From NCBI GenBank assembly GCA_003693705.1, contig RBZT01000498.1, positions 1 through 37,595 of the forward strand: a stretch of DNA of 37,595 nt, read 5' to 3'. Position 1 is the first letter of the stretch. Each line of letters begins with the position of its first letter. Shown piece by piece: positions 11,198 through 21,399 of the stretch. Both the position numbers and the translations under genes were made by a program. Under the pieces are notes generated by a model. The model was not told where the DNA came from. It ran no database searches and saw only the letters and a list, made by a program, of their open reading frames with translations. Source of the stretch: Polymyxa betae A26-41 (Eukaryota; Protista; Endomyxa: Phytomyxea).

Positions 11198-12049
11198 TTA
11201 GCCCTGAGCGCACTCCGTGAGGGTATATATTATATACCCTCAACTTTGAATAGCGGTAACTCGAAAGCGGTAGGGTTTCAAAAAAATTCATTATGAGTCT
11301 TCGAAAGAACAGACAGTCACAAATATGAAAATGCAAAAATTTCATTTATCGCTTTTCTCAACTGTCCAAAAAATTACTGCTAAGTTGGCTTATTTTCGCA
11401 AATTTACACCACGGGGTTTTGTATGGAACGGTATATAATACTATATACCGTCGAGCGAATCAGTCTAGCTCATTCTTTATTCGATGCATTCGCTTTGTAT
11501 ACGGTGCCTATACCACCTAAATCTTCACGGTTACGTTGTTGCGTTCGGCGTTCTGCCTCAACTCCTGCTCGGTTAGTTCAGTCAGCCTGCAATGCTTACG
11601 AGCGATGTTTCATACCGAAATCATCAGGTATTGGCACGTCTCTAACATGCCTATGGCCCCATACAATAGGCAGGTTCCGGAACGCAGTTTTTTGACGATC
11701 TGTTTGCAGAAAAAAGCATTTCGATTGACGAATTCGGCAGACTTCCGCAAGCACAGATCTGCATGTCAGGTGCAGCACAATGCAGTACAGAAGCAGGAAT
11801 TTCAGGTCTACTATTGCAGAAATTGACAGGTAAATGGCAACGCAAATGTAGAAATGTTTATTTATAAAATCTTGGCATTCAAATACATTTTCCTTATATC
11901 TACATCATCGATAGAAGGCAATCGAATAAACATTTTAAAGCATGAGTAAAACTGGTAGATCGTCCAATTAGTTAAATAGCCAGTTGCGTTTAGATGGCCG
12001 GTTTTGGATTTCCAAACATCGTTAATAAACAAAGAATCAAAAACTGTGC

Positions 12050-14140
12050 CCTTCATCGACAGCATCATCAACTACAGCATGTTCATCATCAACACCATTA
12101 CCTCATCATCAACCTCTTGATCATCAACAAAAACAATATCATCTCATCGTTCTCAACAACAGCATGTCACCAACATCATCGACAGCAACATCATTACGTC
12201 ACCGTCATCAACAACAGCATCATCTTCATCACTCCTAATCATAGAAAAAATATAAACGAAACAGAAAAAGTGTGATAAATGCTTTTAACAGCCATCATCA
12301 CAGTCGTCATCATCACCATCCTCATTACCATCGTTTTCGCCCTCATCATCACCATCATTAATCATCGTGACACCATCTCTATAACTCTCAAGACTGAAAG
12401 AATCTGTAAAATACTTGAAAAGCCATCATCACGGTCGTCACATCATCACCATCATCATTACCAACTTCATCACCATCCTCATCATCATCTCTATCACCAT
12501 CATCTCATCATTGTTTCATCATTTTCATCATTTTCAACCATAATAAGAACAAATAAACGAGACAGAAAAATTGATAAATACATTTAACAGCCATCATCAC
12601 CGTCGTCATCATCACCATCCTCAGTATCATCATTATCGCCCTTTTCATCACCGTCTTCATCACCATAACTATCATCAACAACAGCATCATCTTCTCATCG
12701 TTACGCCATCTTCATAACTCTCAATCATGTTAATCATCAACAACAGCATCATCTTCTCATCGTTACGCCATCTTCATAACTCTCAATCATGTTAAGAATT
12801 AATAAACAAGACTGAAAAAATGTGGAAAATACCTTGAACAGCCATTATCACAATCATCATCAATATCATCATCATCTTCACCATCATCATCACCATCTTC
12901 ATCACCGTCCTCATCATCTCCATCTTCATCACCATCTTCCTCATCATCTCCATCACCAACATTATCAACAACAACAAAACAATCTCATCACCACCATCAA
13001 CAAAGTAACATCATCTCATCATCATCACATCATCTTTATCACTCCTAGCCGTACTAAGAATTAATAAAAATACCAGAAATGAGATATATACCCTAGCAGC
13101 AATCAGCATCAACAACATCATCTCGTCATCATCGTTAACATCTCCTTTATCGCTCCTAACCATACTAAGAATTAATAAATGATTCCATTAGAATGTGATT
13201 TATACCCGAACAGCAATCATCATCAGCAGCAGCATCTCACTATCATCATTAACATCATCTTCATCACTCCTAACCATACGAATAAATAATAAAGATACAA
13301 AAATAATGTGACAAATTAAATACCCTAACAGCAATCATCTTCATCACCAACTCCATCACCATATCAATCTCCATCTTCCACATCATCATCACGATCTTCA
13401 TCACCATCGTTATCATCGTCACCATCGCTCTCAACACCATCATCAGCAGCAACGTCATCATCATCATCAACAAAAGCATCATATCATCACCATCATTATC
13501 AACCACACCAACATCATCTCATCATCATCATTAACATCATCTTTGTCACTCCTAACCATACTAAGCAATAATAAAGATACAAAAAAATGTGTTAAATACC
13601 CTAACAGCATTCAGCATCAACAACATCATCTCATCATCATCGTTAACATCTCCTTTATCGTTCCTAACCATATTAAGAATTAATAAAGATACCAAAAAAA
13701 TGTGATAAATACCATAACAGCAATCAGCATCAACAACATCATCTCAATATCGCCAATAGCATAATCATTATCACTCTTAACCATACTAAGAAGTAAGAAA
13801 TAATAAAAAGACTAAAAAAACGTGATAAATACCCTAACAGCAATCATCATCGTCATCATCATCATCTTCATCAATATTATCCTTTTCATCGCCATCCTTA
13901 TCACCATGTTCACAATTCTCATCCCCATTTTCTCCCTCAATTTAATCACAATCGTCACCACCAGCATCCTCATCACCACATCCCCTCATCATCGCTATCA
14001 TCAACAACACATCTCATCACTACCACTAATATCATCATCATTCATTCGTAGTCATAATAACAATCAATAAACTAAGAGACACCAAATTCTGAAAAATACC
14101 TCTAACAGCCACCAAAAGCACCATCAACAGCAGCAGCATC
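12050..14140. repeat. Composite array: (CAT/ATC)n low-complexity segments alternating with about 11 homologous 50-65 bp AT-rich blocks
   Basis: Block consensus ctcctaaccatactaagaattaataaagatac-aaaaaatgtgataaataccctaacagc at ~12231, 12380, 12532, 12779, 13041, 13152, 13266, 13548, 13660, 13773 and 14045. Confidence 0.9.
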
Positions 14141-14146
14141 ACGTCA

Positions 14147-16158
14147 TCAGACCAGCCTCGTTGCTGTATGGAATTTCTCCCAGCAGCCTTTACTGAGGCG
14201 ATGATGCGCTGTCCAGCATAAGTTATCATCGCATGTTACACAATACGACGTTGTTCTGTCGTTGCAGAGTATACAATGTCTGCTGGAACGTGGTGCCTTC
14301 TCGTGAGGATATTCGCTTGATACAGTCAGTCGTATTGCAGCATTCTCTGGCCTGTTATAATATTCTTCCTTCCAGTATCTTGGGACCGTTCTTCCATTTG
14401 CTGCTTTCGGCGTTGATTGCGATGGTAATGGTTGAGACAGCGATTGTCTGCGGCCCACAATTTCATTGCTGTTCTTGTCTGAGAGTCTGGCCGACGGTAT
14501 CCATTCCTGCACCATTCGGACCAAGAATTCAAAAGAACGATTGATCATGGTTTAAGTGAGTTTTCCATTTCTGATAACTCTCAAACCTGTCCAGTTCGTG
14601 CTGATTCTCAAGCAAACGGTATAGATGATGTGAATCAATCAAACAAGACATAATGAACCTGATGTAGATATAGCCTCGAGGTGTCAGTGATCGAAAGTCG
14701 ACCTTGACATTTTTCATCTGCCGAGAGACAACATCATGCCCTCACCTTGTATGATTCCACAGAGATATGACATAGGCAACAATTTCATGGCAAGGCGGTA
14801 AGCTGGAATGTAATCGGCGTTGAGCCTGTATCGAATGGGCAAGAGTTTTCCATAGAAGTACCGTTGGGACATCAACCGCATGGTTAAGAACCTCTTGTGG
14901 TGCTTTCGTTAAGTTGCTTGGTTCCAACATTGGTTCTATCTTGGATGAAACAAATCTCAGGCTGTCAGCATAAATATTCAAGTCTTGAATGTCACAACGA
15001 ACTATGACATCATAAATGATCGATTGATCACTGGCAACAACGAAAAGAACGTTTGGGCATTGGGTCGTAGTAGCGTGGTGACGAATCTGCCCACGATAAC
15101 CACTTGTTTATTCCAATATTGGGTAAAGAGATGATGGATCAATCATGAAGAATTTCTGCACAGGTTCGTAGTTCTCACTGCATGCTCGGTCCAGACGTAA
15201 TGCTGCCTCACGCTCAGTATTCGCATTGGTGGCCACTTTCAGTTCAATAATGTGGACAATCTGCTCTGGTTCCTCCAGGTCACTGAGGTTAACCACGCAG
15301 ACACCATCAACAGAAATTGCCATAGCTGGAATAGCGCTATTGCTGAGTAATCCCCGACACCATTTCCCCATTGACAATGCCACATCCAGATCCATGTAAA
15401 CCCAGCCAATTGGGCAATGCCTTAACAATGTTTTCCTCATTGGCATTTCCAATTTTAAGAGAGGATTGGATCAATGGTTTCATAAACCATTTCTTCATGA
15501 AGCTTGACAAAGATTTGGTTGACGGATTTGAGCAAAGAATCGTGCGACCAAAGTGGCTTTGTTACCGGTTTTCAACTGTCCTGCGATGTCTTTCAGCTGC
15601 GGTATGGTCATCTGGTTCAACTCGAGCGAGGTATATTCACGCTGCAAAACCGTGACTGAAGCTGCTCTTTGGTCAGAAATGATCTGCAGCCGATTCAGAT
15701 GTCTGAAATGTTCCGCATCCAGAATGTCCCTGAAAGCATCAGTTGCAGTGCTCGCCAGTGTTGAAGTAATAAGGCAGCCACCAGCTCGCACGATATGCCA
15801 GTCGGTCCCCCCTGAGCATCGATCAGAGCTGTCACCTGATTATCAATGGTTTCCTGAATCAACGGGTTTCCAGGCAACGATGGTCTCCAGGATCCGGGCA
15901 TTTTTAAAACGCAAATCCGTGTGTCAATCCTAGGATTGCTTGCGAATTAATGTTGCAACATGAAACTTTTCCGCTTCGGTATGCTATGGCGTAAGGCCAT
16001 CTATCGCCATACTTCCGCTTTGCTGTGTATAGCGACTTGCAGCCAACTTCTGGAACCATCCTGAATTGATTCAGTATCACTGAGAGCCTGTGGGTTTTAG
16101 AAGGATTACCTGCGCGTGCCAACGCTGCCACAGTGAAAACGACAAGCACACTCGCCAT
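14147..16158 (-). pseudogene. piggyBac-like transposase (C-terminal part) containing a YqaJ/lambda-exonuclease-like PD-(D/E)xK domain and a SAP-like motif
   Basis: In order: AIAYRSGKV; QG-TDWHIVR...ITST; MTIPQLKDIAGQLKTGNKATLVAR; WFMKP...IGNANEENI; GLL...AISVDG...IELK; YRGQIRHHA; LWNHTR*GHDVVSR (cf. piggyBac YNxxKGGVD); HCILC...CVTCDDNLC...CWEKFH. Confidence 0.72.
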
Positions 16159-16479
16159 TGGACAGTGCAGAACAGACAGCTGACAGTAATGAAGCTACCT
16201 GGTGAAATTGCGCCACGGCATTTTGGCAGAGTCAAAAGCATCTACCAAAAGTCTATGAAAAACATTGTCAGGCCGTTTGATCAAATTTATTCATCAGTAT
16301 ACTTTTTAAAAGACTAAGGATTTTCATGAGGGACGGTATATAAGATCTACCGTCGACAGGTTCGCAACATTTTCGAAAACTCCGAGACGGTATATAGTAT
16401 ATACCGTCCCAGGATCAGGGTTAGATGTCCTTAAACAACTATGCAAAAAAGAACTGGATTATTTTTAACAAAAACGATG

Positions 16480-17647
16480 CGGAGACCCTATGACCCAACG
16501 TATGCTCCTGTACTATGACCAGAAATTTTTCGCCTTATGATCGCGTAATCAATTCAAGCTGCACAACTTATAGCAGAACAACTTCATGTTGTTGCAGCAT
16601 TTCTGAATGCCAATCTGAGCGGGAACAGATATATTTATCCACCTGATGGGTACACTTCAACGACCAGGTATTTGAAACTGTTAATCGTTGTATGGCTTAA
16701 AGCAGACGCCTTTTGAATGGCATCATCTTGGGAACGAAACCTTGATACAATTAGAGTTTTCACCTCTAAAGTCTACTTCTTGCGTATATGTTAAACGCAC
16801 CGAAGGTGACCGCATCTGTATAGTCAGTGTGTATGTCGATGATTTCCCAATCACTGGCCATCCTGAATTCATATCAGAACTAAAGGATAATCTGAAACGG
16901 AAGTTCACTATCTCTGATCTCGGCGAATTGGAATATTGTGTAGGCAATGAAATCCATCGAAAGGCTCAACAAGGACTCGTCATCATCAATAAACAAGAAT
17001 ATCTTGAGGAAATACTTATAAAGTACGGCATGGACTCTTCAAACTCCATTTCAACACCTGCGAATCCCTCTACAAGATTAACAATCGATAAGTCGCCAAA
17101 AAGCAAAACTCGATTTCAAAAATCGAAATAACAAAATCTGCTCGTATTGACTATATGTCATCTGTTGGCAGTCTTTTAAATCTTCGCCTTACTCGCCCTG
17201 ATTTTTCGTTTGCATTGTCTCCGGTATCTTAATACGTTCAAAACAATGGCCTGGAGCATTTCGTTGGGCGCAAAAGAATATTCAACTACTTACAAGGCAC
17301 CAAAAATTCACGGTTTACCTTACAGTCGTAACAGCACCACTCCAACCTTAATACAGTCGCCCTTTCATCATGTGAAGCTGGAACAACTGCTGCATGCATA
17401 TATCCTCTGGTTGCGAGATGTACTTCACGAACTCGGATTTACTCTGATAGGGCCTTCTGTCGTATTCAGTCTGAACTTAATTTCCCACACTAAGATGCGA
17501 CATATAGATTTAAAGGAACACTTCATAAGTGGCCTAGTGAGCGATCGGAAAGTCGGTCCTCAATATGTATCTTCAACAGAAAACTTGGCAGATCGTTTCA
17601 CAAAACCACTAGCTAAAATCAAATTCCAGGAGTTTTGCTCGCGTTAG
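16480..17647 (+). pseudogene. Ty1/Copia reverse transcriptase-RNase H fragment
   Basis: TYAPV, VAAFLNA, LYGLKQ, VSVYVDD, MRHIDLKEHFI, STENLADRFTKPL. Confidence 0.92.
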
Positions 17648-17683
17648 AATTTGATACCACGCATTCGGTACGATATTCTCGTC

Positions 17684-17750
17684 GAGGGGGGGATTAGACT
17701 TAAAACGTCTCTCGTACAGTCTACTCTCCTCGATACTGCCCGTCAATAAT
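17684..17750 (+). repeat. Copia polypurine tract and start of a truncated 3' LTR
   Basis: GAGGGGGGGA at 17684-17693, shortly after the RNase H stop. Confidence 0.55.
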
Positions 17751-17754
17751 GTCT

Positions 17755-19766
17755 ATCAGAGTTGCCTCAGGGCAGTCCCCTTATAATGACAAATGAGCCA
17801 TCGTCGGCATTTCTGGAACAACCCCGTGGTGTTTATAATATCGACACTAAGGAGATCAGCGTTATCACTGTCATTCTTTACCTTGCGGACAGATGTCTTC
17901 CAGCATGTAAGCGACAACATCAACATCATCATGCTGAGAAAGACCAACTAGTTCTCGATAAATTTCTCGAAAAGCTCGCCGGAAATATTGTGGAATTGGG
18001 ATTATCTGCCAACGTAAAAACTCAATCCAAGACCTGCAGCAAATCCCAGCTCTAAGTGTCGAACTGGGTAAGCTTGATCTTCAATAGAAAACGCGCCGGG
18101 TGGCACGATGCTCTCTTTCTGCAGGGAGGGAGAAGTCAGAATAGTTAAATTAGTCCAACGCCAACCTGCTTATTGTTGGAAAGTCAGCCTTTCGCGATGC
18201 CCACCATTCGATTATATTTCATTTGAGATCAGCAACGGATGTGACAGCGAGCAGTTCGACTACTCCAAGCGCTGGAGCTTAATATCCATCTGATACGCTG
18301 CCAACCTTATTAGTTTGTGGTGCTCACGAACAGACGTATTCTCAAGAAAATGTTCCTGAGTCTCCGAATACGGAGGCATCAGCATAATCATCTGCAAGTA
18401 AATCGGTGATATCCGACTTGAGTAGGAGGAATTCGGTAGAGTCTAACGAAGGTGGACGACTTCGGGCATCAACAAATTGTGCAATTTTTGCTGGTGTGGA
18501 ATGTATGAAAGCGGAATAATCATCATTTTGCTCGATGATCTTCGTAGGGGCCTTGGTTATTCATTTCATATGAGTGAGATGAAAACCGTCGACAATGATC
18601 ATTGAGCAGTTCTTTTACCGCAATCGCTCAGGATATAGTGCATATCCAGCTTCAACTCCCAAAACATGTAGAGATTGTTTCGGGTGCTTCGAGAAACTGT
18701 GCTATGATCCCTGATTCCTTCCAATGACTCAGAGATCAATAATTGGTCGATCTCGACCCTAAAGTTTGCCATGTACAACAGAAATTCAATAATATTTCGC
18801 GCATCGAAGGAGTCTTTGATCATTAAATGGGCGGAGTTCCATCTCATGATAACATCGTGACTTGGAGGCTCACAGCGCATTTCCTGTTAATGTGCGAGAA
18901 AGGTGACGGTGCAGAAAGACCGGATATGGTGAACATTTGAGGTACATTAACATTCTGAGAATTAAACAACTCAACAGCAGATATAGCTCCCAGCTGTGAT
19001 ACATGAACGATGCGCCTTAAAAAAGATAATGTGAGCAATTTGAAACGAAGCATTCCACAGTAATGACTGATATGATGGTCACGACGTAAAACCGTTGACC
19101 CCGATTCGAAGAAATTTTTTTCGACAGTCATTGAGCTTCATTCACTGTGTCGACACCATTATCAGTGACAGCAGCGAGTAATTTTCCTTCCAGCCTAAAG
19201 GATTTCAGCTGTAAATATACATGCTCAGGAAGATGGTGCGTTCTCATTGACAACAAGCCGCTGAAGCAGTCGTTCAAGAAACGATATGTCTAATTGAAAG
19301 TTTGATCTGGTACTGGCCCGGCTGTAAGTACAAAGTTATTGGGAACATTATCATATGTTGGCTTGCAGAATCTTTTGAAATTTTTTGAAGAACTCAAGTA
19401 ACATCTGTCTTGTCTCGAATTGCCAAGGCGTTTGTCTTTTATGGGCAATCCCAGATCAATATATAAAACAAATTTTCATCAAAGCTCGACTAGATATGAG
19501 GAAAATGGGGTTGACAAGTCTCTAACAGACAACCAGCAGTGCTTGACACTGGAATAAATTAAAAAGTACCATTGTTGAAGTGTTTATCGGCAAAAAAGGT
19601 ATACCAATGCAAGTTACTTCCCTAGAGCGGTCACTTGCAATTTTGGAAGTGCCTGAAAAGAACTAACAAAATAAATATGTCCGTTAATGGGTCGGAAGTT
19701 GGGTCAGTCGCTGGACTTTGACGCCAAAGTTGGGTGGCGCGACTTCCGCAGATTTTCGTCCGTGGC
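17755..19766 (-). pseudogene. Highly degenerate hAT transposon/transposase
   Basis: GKLLAAVTDNG (~19190-19157) and SHDVIMRWNSAHLMI (cf. hAT DVxTRWNST, ~18862-18818). A possible CAG terminus lies near 19768. Confidence 0.65.
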
Positions 19767-20205
19767 TGTGACGCGAAGTTTTTATTTTTACTTTTAATTG
19801 TTTATTCTGCTACTGATATATGAGGTTTCCACCTAACCTCTCTGCAGACACCGCAACCGCTTCTCCTTTCTAATAATACAACTAGAGTTCTTTGTCTCTC
19901 TCTCGACACGTCTATTTCGTCTCTCTTTCATCTCTCTTTGTAATTGGTCTTCCGCGCCCGGGTCGTCTTAGTGATCACTCGGCTTCATACTAGGGTATTC
20001 CCGCCTACGGTCCTTGAGCCTGTGCTGGCTCTCTGGCTCTCTCATACGTCTACCTGTCTTACGCCGTTATATGCAATTACGGTCCGGTAAAATAACCTTT
20101 CCAAATTCTATCAATTTGCTTTCTGATTCTGATTTCTCTTTGTCTTTGTCGTGCTTAAGTTGTAATTCCCAACCCTCTCCGGTTTCAATTTCTGCTTTAT
20201 TCTTA

Positions 20206-21300
20206 ATGTCTAACGAGGCTGTTACTCGTCCTCCAAATGTTTCAGCTGGTGAATCTGACTCTGATTTGTCTACTCGGCTTGGTACTAACACTCCTGGCCC
20301 TCCTGACAATCAAGAATCAATGAATTCAATTGTATCTGCTCTGTTCACGCTGATGCAGCAACAGCAACAGACCAATGCACTGATGATGCAACTCATGCAA
20401 TCGTTTCTTGACGATAACAAAATCTGGTAACTCTAACCCTGTTACACCCGCTCATATTAATGTTGCTGATTTACCTAAGTTTTTTGAATCTATTTCTTCT
20501 GAGGAATCTTTTCAATATTTAGATACTCAAAATGTTCAAGAGTTACCTGACACTGTTCGCGTTATTGTTCGTGCTTTCAAATTTCTTTCATTTCGTAACC
20601 GTTTCGCTAAGCTTACGAGTTTGGTCCCTGAGAGTGCTCGTTTACAACATCTGTTCTGCTGCCTTACTGGAGCGGCTCAAGACCCTGCCATAGTTGAGAC
20701 TGTTTCGTCTTCTGATGAACTTCTCGAACGCTTAGGTAGATGGTATCTATCTTCTGCTGACCCTGGTGCTTTAGAGGACATTCTTCGTGAGAAGTTGGAA
20801 ACTGCCTTTCCATTTCAGAACGAGCCTCTATCTGATTATATCCTTCGATTCTCGCAGAACTTCCGATATGCACAAGACGTTATTCCTTATCTCTGAATCT
20901 ACTTGCACTCGTTTTTTCTTACACTCACTTCGCAATCGTTCTAGGTTCTTTGCTGCCATGGTTTATGCCAATGCAAGGAAGCTTACTGTTCTTGATACTA
21001 TCTTCGACTTGGCTCTTGATCGTGGCTGCTGAGAAAACTTCTCGTAACTCGGCCTTTCCCCCTTCTAATCAGTCCAGTTCTCGCCGCGACTATGTGTCTA
21101 ATTCAAATAGCTCCACAAAACCTGGCTCTAATTCTCGCTCGTTTCCAAATTCAAATTCACGATTTAATTCTTTTAATCGCACTTTTAACTCATCTTCAGA
21201 ATCGAAGCCTAATGTTAATCGTATCTCATCATCGACAGATACCGGTGAATCGGCTTCTAAAATTGAGGCTGTAAGTTCCCATGCCTATGCTGAAGATTTA
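20206..21300 (+). pseudogene. gag: Gypsy-2 gag
   Basis: ORFs 20014-20430, 20408-20896 and 20787-21032 are collinear. EPLSDYILRF resembles a retrotransposon gag major-homology motif. Similar to the Gypsy-1 gag. Confidence 0.7.
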
Positions 21301-21399
21301 CCTGTTGAAAGTCGCTCTATTTCTCGGATGTCTTCTTCTACTGATCTTGAATCTGCCTGATCCTTTTCCTGAATCTGGACCTGAGATGACAACATCTCG

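Larger units (their letters stand above)
11202..16420 (-). mobile_element. piggyBac-like DNA transposon (5.2 kb) with TTAG target-site duplication
   Basis: TTAG (11198-11201)|CCCTGA...TCAGGG|TTAG (16421-16424). Palindromic subterminal boxes GA(C/G)GGTATATA-n-TATATACC(G/C)TC, some imperfect, at 11219-11241, 11428-11451, 16332-16354 and 16386-16408. The encoded protein ends in a piggyBac-type Cys-rich domain. Confidence 0.85.

Noticed and set aside
11423-11860. Second gene on the + strand of the piggyBac-like element
   Set aside because: Only short overlapping ORFs without recognisable motifs; this cannot be supported without homologues.
11994-14070. His-rich, Ile-rich and Met-rich ORFs in the ORF track (e.g. 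12822-13064)
   Set aside because: They are by-products of (CAT)n low-complexity DNA read in different frames. They are short, inconsistent and interrupted by the AT-rich blocks.
12231-14110. CRISPR array
   Set aside because: The repeats are degenerate and 50-65 bp long. The spacers vary widely in length, are low-complexity and resemble each other. There are no cas genes and the context is eukaryotic.
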